From NCBI GenBank assembly GCA_964016885.1, contig OZ024740.1, positions 207,948,001-208,012,000 of the forward strand: DNA of 64,000 nt, read 5' to 3'. Made by a program: the position numbers and the translations under genes. Below are positions 10,096 to 21,811 of the stretch, piece after piece; within the stretch, counting starts at the first letter, position 1, and each line of letters starts with the position of its first letter. The DNA is from Eledone cirrhosa (taxonomy: Eukaryota). The notes beneath the pieces are model-generated. The model saw only the letters and a program-made list of their open reading frames with translations, had not been told where the DNA came from and did no database searches.

Positions 10096-11889
10096 ATGGC
10101 CGAAGCTTCTTCACCAAAATTCGAAGGAGGAAAGGGGAAGATGAACTTACAGATTCCCCCTGCCACTGTCACAGTAGCAGAGGTCAAGAAGAAAGGTCAG
10201 CCAGGGGAAGAATTCTCTCCACCTGTTAACCGACAACTTGACGTTGCCATGGCAACAACCCAAAGAACCAGCAGCAACAGCAACAACAACAACAATGCGA
10301 CGGACGAAAACAACACCAATAACAATAACAATAACAACAACAACAAGACCAATAACGGTGACAACAACAACAATGATAACAACAACACCACCAACGACAA
10401 CAACAACACAAACAAACAAAATTTCTCCTTCGCCGAGACGACAAGGAAAACCCTCGACTATCTGCCAGTAGATATAACAAAAGCGAAGGAGCTACTGGCG
10501 GATGCGAAAAAATATATAGTGTACGGGGAAAATGGTTCATTCACAATCCATTCCCCCCCGGAACTAAAAAGCCAGAGACTCCTAAACACGGTCATGTTTA
10601 GGACAATCTCGAACAAAAGTAAAAAACCAGCTCAACCATCACAGATCGAGATAGAGCTGGTTTTAAAAGACGTCATGAAGGACATCACCTTCATTCAGAA
10701 GGATAGACTCTACGGGAGTCTATCCATTCTCATGAAGGACAGGGACACAGCAGTGAAACTGTCCATCAAACCAATCACATCCACCGCATACACCTTCTAC
10801 CCTACGTACATGGGTAGAAGAACACAAAAAATAAAAATCCACACCATCCTGCCGATTATGGACATATGGTGGGTTTTGACAGGTTTTCTGGACCTGGAGG
10901 ATGACATGCTGGTGTCCATGGGAAAGGCATCGGGTGACGCGTTCAGTGGAACGAGCCTCGAACTTGTAGTTCAAATGAGGCCCGAAAGGATCGCCCAGAT
11001 CCCTGAACGCGTCATACTGGATGATCTAACCTTCATCAACATTACCGTTGAGGGTAGACGGCCCTCGTGTTACCTCTGCGGAACCAGAGGTCACCTGAGG
11101 GCTGTCTGTCCCCAACTTAATAAGAAAACCCCAATCCTGCCTACACCACCAACAACTGCACAACCAACACAATCACCACAACTACCACTACAAAAACAAC
11201 CACCACAGCTCAAACCAAAACAAAACAATGTCCAACCCATCCCCTCCACTCAAAAAACAAAAACAATTTCCAAAACACCCGTACCGCAAACACAACCCGA
11301 AAATATACCCCTCCCCTCCAACGCGGAAGATGACCCTAGTTCGTCGTCAGACGAGGAGGAGCACTTCCACACAATCAAAAGAAAAAAAAGAAAACTCACC
11401 TCAGACACACAAATGAAAAAAAACCCTCCCCAAAACATAACACTGACACCAACACAAAAGAGCTCACAACAACAGCAAACAAAAAACACCACACAAAAAC
11501 AAAAACATGCATACACATACATAAATACAAGAAACAAAAAACTGTTAAACATTGTGTACAACAACAATCTAATAAAAACACAAGGGCCTAACTTCACCCA
11601 GGCAGGGGATTTCCCCCACCTCAAAATGATTAAGGCCCCACAGGACACCTATAAAACTTTAAAAAACAATTTTAAAGAGGACGTGGGTCCCCCCTGCGTC
11701 GGGCCCATTAACCGCGTCCTCCTAAAAAACTATCCCACCCCCTCCCCAAACACCCACACAACTCCAAGCTCCCCAACCACACAACACACTGATGCCCCCA
11801 CACTTCCACAAACCACCACCCCACCCAACAACCCATCCCCCACCCTAATGGAAATTGTGCAGCCCGATACCCGGGACGCAGAGAGGTAA
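10096..11889 (+). CDS. Tx1-like ORF1 (gag-like protein with CCHC zinc knuckle), intact
   Basis: 597 aa; CYLCGTRGHLRAVC knuckle, Asn-rich and Pro/Gln-rich linkers, basic KRKKRK patch; homologous to ORF1 of copies C and D. Confidence 0.85.
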   Translation: MAEASSPKFEGGKGKMNLQIPPATVTVAEVKKKGQPGEEFSPPVNRQLDVAMATTQRTSSNSNNNNNATDENNTNNNNNNNNNKTNNGDNNNNDNNNTTNDNNNTNKQNFSFAETTRKTLDYLPVDITKAKELLADAKKYIVYGENGSFTIHSPPELKSQRLLNTVMFRTISNKSKKPAQPSQIEIELVLKDVMKDITFIQKDRLYGSLSILMKDRDTAVKLSIKPITSTAYTFYPTYMGRRTQKIKIHTILPIMDIWWVLTGFLDLEDDMLVSMGKASGDAFSGTSLELVVQMRPERIAQIPERVILDDLTFINITVEGRRPSCYLCGTRGHLRAVCPQLNKKTPILPTPPTTAQPTQSPQLPLQKQPPQLKPKQNNVQPIPSTQKTKTISKTPVPQTQPENIPLPSNAEDDPSSSSDEEEHFHTIKRKKRKLTSDTQMKKNPPQNITLTPTQKSSQQQQTKNTTQKQKHAYTYINTRNKKLLNIVYNNNLIKTQGPNFTQAGDFPHLKMIKAPQDTYKTLKNNFKEDVGPPCVGPINRVLLKNYPTPSPNTHTTPSSPTTQHTDAPTLPQTTTPPNNPSPTLMEIVQPDTRDAER

Positions 11890-11913
11890 GTGCCTTTTCT
11901 CTTCACCACCAAC

Positions 11914-14900
11914 ATGGCTATGCTAAGAGTAGGCTGTTTAAATGCGCGTGGCCTGGGCTCAACTTGGAAGCAAGCAATGCTTCTAAATGACATCAGGTCA
12001 CAACGTATAGATGTGATGGTTATTTACGAGGCCCGGATCAGCAACGTGCGACAGCTGGCCCCCACCTTTGATGACTTTGAGATGCACGCATCTCTTTGTC
12101 AGCCCGGAGGTGGGGGTGGAGTTGTCGTTCTGCTGCAAAAACATCTGGGTCTCGCAACACAGATGGTACATTTGGACCCGGAGGGTCGACTAGTGGTTCT
12201 GGACCTTGGCAGTGGTAAAGGCGGAGCGTTTAGGTTGGTAGCCGCCTACGGCCCTTTCGGGTCAATGCGGCCGGACTTCTTCCATCGTCTGGAGACTTTT
12301 CTAGGGACGTCCCGCTCCTTGCTATTAGTGGGGGACTGGAATGGTATCCTAGATGCACGCTGGGACTACGTAGGGGCCTGCCCCGATAGAGAGGGGTGTA
12401 ATAGCCTCAAAGGGTTAATCGGTCGATTTGACCTGGCCGATAGATATCGACTAGATTTTCCGACTGCGCCAACCTGGACTTGGGCAAATCGTAGCGGATC
12501 ATCTAGGTCGTACCTAGATAGGTTCTTAGTTAGAATTAAGGATAAGGACTTTTTAAGTTATCCAAAAATGCGCATGGTTGGCTATTCAGACCACAAATTA
12601 GTGACCTGCATGGTCAACCTTGACAGAACTCATAGACAGGGCCCCGGTTACTGGAAGCTCAACTTGTCCTTGCCGGCAAGTAGAGCCTACAGGAATCAGA
12701 TTAGTACGTTAGTTAAGGAACGGTTGACTGGAGCGATCGTCAACAGCAGGTGGTGGGTATCTCTAAAGAGAGAGATTAGAGTAGTCTCGATAGAATTTAG
12801 TAAGGTTCTAGCTGCGGATAGGAATGGGAAGGAAAGGGAGCTAATAGATAGAGTAGAAGAGGCAATTAGAAGCGGCGACGTGGCCAGAGTGCTAGCGTCG
12901 AGAACGGCTTTGAGCCAGTTTTTCGACGCGAAGCACGAAGGCTGCGTTGTCCGAAGTAAAATACGTGCTCTAGGGAACGAGGGGACCAAAGCTGTTAGCT
13001 GGGCCCGCGTGACAGAGGCCAACAGTGGAACTAAATCCACCATCCGGTCTTTACGAGACCTGGATGGACGGGCGATTCTTCAGCCTAAGCAGATGTGTGA
13101 GGCCTTTCAAAGGCACTTTGCCCGACTGTTCGGGAGGGGCGGGGAGCCGGTTGGGAACGTGGACTTCGGTCCATACCTCGACGGCCTGCCGCGCCTCTCG
13201 GACAGGGAGGCGAAGTCCTGCGAGGAGCCGATTTCGGCCGCTGAGATAGAGGACGTGCTGAGCCAATGCGGCAAACGCAAATCCCCGGGTCTCGAAGGTT
13301 TTCCTTACGAATTATATCTAGCTATGCCGGACTTGTTCCCCGATCTCCTCGAGGCGGTCTACTGCAACTGGCAACAGAACGGGAGAATTCCCTGTACTGT
13401 GACCAAGGGCGTAGTCACGCTAGTGAGGAAGGACGAGAACAAGGGGGACGAAATAAGTAACTGCTAAATACAGAGTTACAGATTTTGGCCAAGGTGCTAG
13501 CAAAGAGGTTGGCGCTTGTCGTGGGCAACCTGGTGGGAGATGCGCAGACATGCGCTATGCCGTCCAGGTCCATCCATGACAACCTCCACCTCATGCGATA
13601 CATCATAGAGAGGGTTGGGAACGAACCCGGCTTTGGTGGGGCTCTGATCAACTTGGATCAATCTAAGGCGTTCGATAGGGTCGACCATGGTTACCTGGAT
13701 GCGGTGCTAGCGGCGGCAGGCTTCGGACCCGTTTTCAGGGGCTGGATCACTGTTATGCACAGCAGCCGCATCTGCTCTAGGGTCAAGGTGAATGGCTACC
13801 TCTCGGAGCCGTTCAAAATCGCGCGGTCCATCCGACAAGGGTGCCCTCTCTCCTCCCTTCTGTATGTGTTGACTCTCGAGCCACTACTGCGGAAGTTGGA
13901 GTTGTTGCAGGGCATCCCTTTGGAACCGGGATTGCGGAAAGCGGTGTCGGCCTACGCCGATGACGTGACAGTAATGGTGTCGACGGCCTCCGAAATCGAG
14001 GCGGTCGGCACCTTACTGGAGGAGTACGAAAAGTTCACAGGGGCTAAGCTGAACCGGGACAAGTCGATCGGTTTGCAACTCGGCACGTGGAGGGGCAGAC
14101 CGATGCCCTCCGATGGCGTCGTCGGACGCTGGACGGAGGGCCCGGTGAAGTTGCTCGGGGTCTGGTTCGGACCGGACCTCCAGGTGGAGAAAAACTGGGC
14201 GGAGGTTACGAACAGGGTGTTTGCACTGACCCAGAAGTGGGCCAGTTGCAAACTATCCCTGAAAGGTCGGGCGGAGGTGGCGAACACCTATATAGCGTCC
14301 GTCATCTACTACCGCCTGACCGTAGTGCCCTGACCTAGGGAAACCCTCACCAAGATGGAGCGCGCGCTCTTCCAATTCCTTTGGAAGAGGCGTGCTCCTA
14401 TGGTGAGGAGATCCATCTGCTGTCAACACCCTTCGAAAGGAGGGCTGGGGATGCTGTGGCTAATGATGCGTAAACACGCATTAAGGCTACGGCACCTCTA
14501 CGTATTCCTCACCGGTCAACCGGTGTGGGCCTCGTTTGTGAGACGAACCTTTCCCAGACTCGTCTCACTCACCGAGCTGCAATCCTGGGTCAAGCAAAGA
14601 CCGAGAAAACTGGGCGCCTGGCACACTGAGTGTGCCCAGGCGCTCACCGCCCTCTGGCAGGCGGATCCGGTTATCAGTGGAGACTCCACCGCAACATTCT
14701 ATAGAGGGCTGGTACGCAGCAGGTGCGACGACGCCCTCGGAGAAGCCCTAGACATGGAGGAGGACGAACTGGCCAGCCTGTTCGGTAGGACATTCAGCCC
14801 GGGACCTATGGACAACTTCCAGAAGTCCCTGGCCTGGCAGTGCTACCGAGGGGCTTTACCCGTTCGAGAAAGGCTCTACAGACACGGGCGCCCGGGTAGG

Positions 14901-15335
14901 GACCCCGCCAAAAAGATCTGTCCCAGATGCGTGTGCGACGAGGAAACCGTTGCACACGCATTGGTACACTGCTCGGGCGTAGCCGATCTGTGGGGCTATG
15001 TCGAACAACTGCTGTCAAGGGTGGGACCGATCCGGTTGACCACCGAGTCTATTGTAATGATCAAGCCGCCTCCCCCCTTCAAAGATGAAGCAGAGGCGGT
15101 GTTTCTGTGCGTAATAGCCATGGCGAAAGAGGTTGTATGGTAGACGCGTCTGAAAGGACTGAGGTCAGGCACCTTTCTCTCTGGCCAACAACTGGTCCGT
15201 TTCTTCCGATATCATTTCGGAAGAAGGATCAGGATGGAGAGAGAGGTGCTGCACCCCAGCCGTTTCTATGAAAGATGGGTGAAAGTGGCGAGAATGGCCC
15301 GTGTGAATGGGCCTTCACTCTACATCAGACTATAG
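11914..15335 (+). pseudogene. Copy B ORF2 (APE endonuclease + RT + C-terminal zinc finger) with lesions
   Basis: APE motifs CLNARGL, GDWN, SYLDRF, SDH; RT motifs DQSKAFDRVDH, RQGCPLS, AYADD. Lesions: 16-nt deletion at ~13462 relative to copy C, TGA at 14331, TAG at 15141. Confidence 0.88.
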
Positions 15336-15628
15336 GTGAGGAAGATGAAAGACCAAGGGAGCACCCCTTCTCTGTGCTCCTGAGGAGAAGGGTTGCACAC
15401 TTTTTTCGGGGGTGTGTGCGACCCCGCAAGGCGCCTCCTCTCTATTGAGGATTTTGTTAAAAATTTTATTTTTTGTTATATCTTATTTTATTTTTATATT
15501 TTGTTATTGCCTCCTCCTTATTGAGGACGCCTTTTTGTGTAAACTCCCCCCTTTGTACTTGTCCCACTTTTGATGCCCTAGTGGCAAATAAAAGAAACAT
15601 ATCTATCTATCTATCTATCTATCTATCT

Positions 15629-18600
15629 CTTTACGATGGACACATGTGCTGAGCTCGCTCGGTAAGTTTTTGTTTAAATTCATACGGAAATTGTAAACTG
15701 TAAACTTTCATTTTTGTACCATTTTGTAGAGGGACTGCCAGGTCAAATTTTGATCTGGTCGGTCTCTCAAAATATTCTGCGCCTTTGGGCGAAATAGTAT
15801 TGTGAACATTTTATCTTTCGAAAAACTTCGAAAAACCCTATTTTGAGAAAAATGGCTGAAGCATCTTCACCATCAATCAAAGAAGGAAAGGGGAAGTCAT
15901 ACTCACAGCTTCCCGCTGCCACTGTCACAGCAGCAGATGCCGAAGGCAGAGGTCAGAGAGAGGAAGAATTGTCTTCACCTGTTGACCGACCACTAGATGT
16001 AGCCACAACTACACAAGAATTTGAAAACAACAACAACAACAACGACAACAACAGCAACAATAAAGACAACAAAAACAACAACAACACAAACGTCACAAGT
16101 ATCCACACACCAAACGAGAAAGACAACAACAACAACAAAGATGAAAACAACTCAAACGACGAGAAACAAAACAATACTAAAATCCAAAGCGAAAACAAAA
16201 TATCTTTTGCACAAACGGCAAAATTATCAGTCGCGTATGTGCTTGAAGATATTTCAAAAGCAAAAGAAATGCTGGAAAAAGCTAAGAAATATTTATCTTT
16301 TGGCGAAAACGGTTCGTTTTCTATACATTCACCTCCAGAACTAAAAAAACAGACGGAATTACGAACTGTCGTATTCCGAACAATTTTAAATAAAACAAAA
16401 AAACCAGCGCAACCATCTCAAGCCGAAATTCAGTTAGTCTTGAAAGACGCGATGAGAGACATCACTTTTATACAAAAGGATAAACTCTATGGGAGTTTAT
16501 CCATATTGATGAAAGACGAATTGGCGGCGAAAAAATACTCTGTCGCCAATTCGGTCCACACACTACACCTTCTTCCCCACCTACATGGGTAAAAAAACCC
16601 AGAGGATATGGATAACCACCATCACCCCAAACATAAACTACTGGTGGTTACTAACCGGCTTCCTCAATTTAGACGAGGACAACCTCATTTCAATAGGGAA
16701 GGCATCCGGCGACGCGTTCAGTGGAACGAGCATCGAAGTTCTGACCCAAATAAGGCCAGAACGCATCGCCCAAATCCCTGAGCGCGTCATGCTGGATGAC
16801 CGTACCCACCTCAACATTATTGTGGAGGGTAGGCGTCCCTCCTGTTACCTCTGTGGCAATAGAGGTCACCTGAGGGCTGCCTGTCCCCAGCTCACACAGA
16901 AAAAACACTGCTACCAATACCAACACCACCCCAACAACAACAACAAAAACAACCACAACAACAACAACAACAAAAACCAACAACCCCACCACCACCACCA
17001 CCACAACAACAACAACAACAACAACAACAAACACGTGAAAAAATAACACAGAATACCGTCCCACCCAATCCCTCCCCACCCAAAACAAATACAAAAACAC
17101 ACACACCGCAAACACTACCAGAAAACATACCCCTCCCACCCAACAAGGAAGACGAACCCCTTTCGTCGCAAGACGAAAAAGATCCCTTCCAACAAGTAAA
17201 AAGAAAGAAGAGGAGACGCACCACAGACACACATGTTAACTTTAACCCCCCCCCCCCCCCCCCCCCAAGAGAACACAAACTACACACAAACCACCCCTCC
17301 CTGTCACACAACACTAACTGCTACACAAAAAAAGACCTTACAATATACATACATGAACACAGACAACAAAGAATTACGGAAAACAATTTCAGCAAACCCT
17401 TCGGTCCAAACTGAAGGGCCAAACTTTATAACTGCTGTGGGACTACCTCATTTAAAAATGATAAAAGTCCCAATGCACTTGTACAAAACACTGACAATAA
17501 ATTTCACGGAGGACGTGTCCCCCCCCTCCCCCCCCCCCCCCTGCGCCAAACCAATCAACCGCGTCCTCCTAAAAAAATCCCCCACCCCACCCCCACCCAG
17601 ACACCAACTCAACCACAAACACCCCAACCCCACAACACACCGATGCCCCTTCACTTCCACAAACCACCACCCCACCCAACAACCCATCCCCAACCAGCAT
17701 GGAAATTGAGCGGCCCGTTTCTCCTTACCACCAACATGGCTGTGCTAAGAGTAGGGTGTCTAAATGCGCGTCCCTTATGGGACAGAGCGGCCCGACTTTT
17801 TCCAGCGTCTGGAGTCTTTTCTAGGGACGTCCCGTTCCCTGCTTTTAGTGGGGGATTGGAATGGTATCCTGGATGCACGTTGGGACTATGCAGGGGCATG
17901 TCCCGATAGAGAGGGGTGCAACAGCCTCAAGGGGTTACTCGGCCGATTTGACCTGGCCGATAGATTTCGACTAGATTTTCCGACGGTGCCAACCTGGTCT
18001 TGGTCAAATCGCAGCGGATCATCTAGGTCGTACCTAGATAGATTTTTAGTTAGAAATAAGGACAGGGACTTTTTAAGTTGTCCAGAAATGCTCATGGTTG
18101 GCTATTCAGACCACAATTTGGTGACCTGCATGGTCAACCTTGATAGAACGCATAGACAGGGCCCCGGTTACTGGAAGCTCAACTTGTCCTTGCCGGCAAG
18201 TAGAGCCTACAGGGATCGGATTAGTACGTTAGTTAAGGAACGGTTGACTGGAGCGATCGTCAACAGCAGGTGGTGGGTATCTCTAAAGAGAGAGATTAGA
18301 GTAGTCTCGATAGAATTTAGTAAGGTTCTAGCTGCGGATAGGAATAGGAAGGAAAAGGAGCTAATAGATAGAGTAGAAGAGGCAATTAGAAGCGGCGACG
18401 TGGCCAGAGTGCTAGCGTCGAGAACGGCTTTGAGCCAGTTTTTCGACGCGAAGCACGAAGGCTGCGTTGTCCGAAGTAAAATACGTGCTCTAGGGAACGA
18501 GGGGACCAAAGCTGTTAGCTGGGCCCGCGTGACAGAGGCCAACAGTGGAACTAAATCTACCATCCGGTCTTTGCGAGACCTGGATGGACGGGCGATTCTT

Positions 18601-21136
18601 GAGCCTAAGCAGATGTGTGAGGCCTTTCAAAGGCACTTTGCCCGACTGTTCGGGAGGGGCGGGGAGTCGGTTGGGAACGTGGACTTCGGTCCATACCTCG
18701 ACGGCCTGCCGCGCCTCTCGGACAGGGAGGCGAAGTCCTGCGAGGAGCCGATTTCGGCCGCTGAGATAGCGGACGTGCTGAGCCAATGCGGCAAACGCAA
18801 ATCCCCGGGTCTCGATGGTCTTCCTTACGAATTATATCTAGCTATGCCGGACTTGTTCCCCGATCTCCTCGAGGCGGTCTACTGCAACTGGCAACAGAAC
18901 GGGAGAATTCCCTGTACTGTGACCAAGGGCGTAGTCACGCTAGTGAGGAAGGACGAGAACAAGGGGGACGAAATAAGTAACTTCAGGCCCATAACTCTGC
19001 TAAATACAGAGTTACAGATTTTGGCCAAGGTGCTAGCAAAGAGGTTGGCGCTTGTCGTGGGCAACCTGGTGGGAGATGCGCAGACATGCGCTATCCCGTC
19101 CAGGTCCATCCATGACAACCTCCACCTCATGCGATACATCATAGAGAGGGTAGGGAACGAACCCGGCTTTGGTGGGGCTCTGATCAACTTGGATCAATCT
19201 AAGGCGTTCGATAGGGTCGACCATGGTTACCTGGATGCGGTGCTAGCGGCGGCAGGCTTCGGACCCGTTTTCAGGGGCTGGATCACTGCTATGCACAGCA
19301 GCCGCATCTGCTCTAGGGTCAAGGTGAACGGCTACCTCTCGGAACCGTTCAAAATCGCGCGGTCCATCCGACAAGGGTGCCCTCTCTCCTCCCTTCTGTA
19401 TGTGTTGACTCTCGAGCCACTACTGCGGAGGTTGGAGTTGTTGCAGGGCATCCCTTTGGAACCGGGATTGCGGAAAGCGGTGTCGGCCTACGCCGATGAC
19501 GTGACAGTAATGGTGTCGACGGCCTCCGAAATCGAGGCGGTCGGCACCTTACTGGAGGAGTACGAAAGGTTCACAGGGGCTAAGCTGAACCGGGACAAGT
19601 CGATCGGTTTGCAACTCAGCACGTGGAGGGGCAGACCGATGCCCTCCGATGGCGTCGTCGGACGCTGGACGGAGGGCCCGGTGAAGTTGCTCGGAGTCTG
19701 GTTCGGACCGGACCTCCAGGTAGAGAAAAAATGGGCGGAGGTTACGAACAGGGTGTTTGCACTGACCCAGAAGTGGGCCAGTTGCAAACTATCCCTGAAA
19801 GGTCGGGCGGAGGTGGCGAACACCTATATAGCGTCCGTCATCTACTACCGCCTGACCGTAGTGCCCTGACCTAGGGAAACCCTCACCAAGATGGAGCGCG
19901 CGCTCTTCCAATTCCTTTGGAAGAGGCGGGCTCCTATGGTGAGGAGATCCATCTGCTGTCAACACCCTTCGAAAGGAGGGCTGGGGATGCTGTGGCTAAT
20001 GATGCGTAAACACGCATTAAGGCTACGGCACCTCTACGTATTCCTCACCGGTCAACCGGTGTGGGCCTCGTTTGTGAGACGAACCTTTCCCAGACTCGTC
20101 TCACTCACCGAGCTGCAATCATGGGTCAAGCAAAGACCGAGAAAACTGGGCGCCTGGCACACTGAGTGTGCCCAGGCGCTCACCGCCCTCTGGCAGGCGG
20201 ATCCGGTTATCAGTGGAGACTCCACCGCAACATTCTATAGAGGGCTGGTACGCAGCAGGTGCGACGACGCCCTCGGAGAAGCCCTAGACATGGAGGAGGA
20301 CGAACTGGCCAGCCTGTTCGGTAGGACATTCAGCCCGGGACCTATGGACAACTTCCAGAAGTCCCTGGCCTGGCAGTGCTACCGAGGGGCTCTACCCGTT
20401 CGAGAAAAGCTCTACAGACACGGGCGCCCGGGTAGGGACCCCGCCAAAAAGATCTGTCCCAGATGCGTGTGCGACGAGGAAACCGTTGCACACGCATTGG
20501 TACACTGCTCGGGCGTAGCCGATCTGTGGGGCTATGTCGAACAACTGCTGTCAAGGGTGGGACCGATCCGGTTGACTACCGAGTCTATTGTAATGATCAA
20601 GCCGCCTCCCCCCTTCAAAGATGAAGGAGAGGCGGTGTTTCTGTGCGTAATAGCCATGGTGAAAGAAGTTGTATGGTGGACGCGTCTGAAAGGACTGAGG
20701 TCAGGCACCTTTCTCTCTGGCCAACAACTGGTCCGTTTCTTCCGATATCATTTCGGAAGAAGGATCAGGATGGAGAGAGAGGTGCTCCACCCCAGTCGTT
20801 TTTATGAAAGATGGGTGAAAGTGCCGAGAATGGCCCGTGTGAATGGGCCTTCTCTTTACATAAGTCTGTAGGTGGAAAAGAGGAAGGAACGAGGGAGCAC
20901 CCCCTCTCTGTGCTCCTGAGGAAAAGGGTTGCACACTTTTTTTCGGGGGTGTGTGCGACCCCCCAAGGCGCCTCCTCTCTATTGAGGATTTTGTTAAAAA
21001 TTTTATTTTTTGTTATATTTTATTTTATTTTTATACTTTGTTATTGCCTCCTCCTTATTGAGAACGCCTTTTTGTGTAAACTCCCCCCTTTGTACTTGTC
21101 CCACTTTTGATGCCCTGGTGGCAAATAAAAGAAACA
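15629..21136 (+). mobile_element. Tx1-like LINE copy C, full-length ends with internal lesions
   Basis: Same 5' start as B (CT...GATGGACAC). ORF1 is frameshifted (pieces 15843-16592, 16585-17046, 17233-17709). Deletions at the ORF1/ORF2 junction and in the APE N-terminus (~17770). Ends AATAAAAGAAAC|ATATCTATC. Confidence 0.9.
17736..20871 (+). pseudogene. Copy C ORF2 (APE+RT), ~300 bp N-terminal deletion and in-frame TGA at 19867
   Basis: Track ORFs 17764..19869 and 19891..20871 are in one frame with all RT motifs (NFRPITLLN, AYADD). Confidence 0.88.
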
Positions 21137-21201
21137 TATCTATCTATCTATCTATCTATCTGTCTATCTATCTACCTATCTCTATCTATCTATCTATCTA
21201 T

Positions 21202-21698
21202 CTTCAAAAACGAAGGAGAGGCGGTTTTCCTTTGTGTGATAGCTATGGCGAAAGAGGTTGTATGGTGGACAAGGTTGAAAGGGCTGAGGTCAGACACCTT
21301 TCTCTCCGGCCAACAACTGATTCTTTTTTTCAAATACCACTTTGGAAGAAGAATCAGGATGGAGAGAGAGGTGCTGTACCCCAGCAAGTTTTATGAAAGG
21401 TGGGTGAAAGTGGCGAGAATGGCCCGAGTGAATGGGCCTTCTCTCTATATCAGCCTGTAGGTTGAGGAAAAGGAGGAGGAGAGGAAAGGAGTACAAGCTC
21501 TTCGTACTCCTGGAGATGAGGGTTGCACATTTTTTTCGGGGGTCTGTGTTACCCATATAAACTGTCTCCCTCTATTGGGGAAAATCGACTAACTTTTAAA
21601 TTCCATCTGTGATAACATTTTACACGTTTTTATTGTATGTAAACTTCCCCCTTTGTATTTGTCCCATTCTTTTGTGCCCCTGTGGCTAATAAAGAAAT
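21202..21698 (+). mobile_element. Tx1-like LINE copy C2, heavily 5'-truncated
   Basis: Last ~85 codons of ORF2 (stop 21460) plus 3' UTR; TATC on both sides; most similar to copy E. Confidence 0.85.
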
Positions 21699-21699
21699 A

Positions 21700-21734
<35 letters not shown>

Positions 21735-21753
21735 TTATATATCTATATGTATG

Positions 21754-21800
<47 letters not shown>

Positions 21801-21811
21801 AATATCTGGAC

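Larger units (their letters stand above)
9879..15598 (+). mobile_element. Tx1-like LINE copy B, full length, ORF2 disrupted
   Basis: 5' UTR shared with copy C, then ORF1, ORF2 and 3' UTR; (TATC)n at both ends. Confidence 0.9.
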
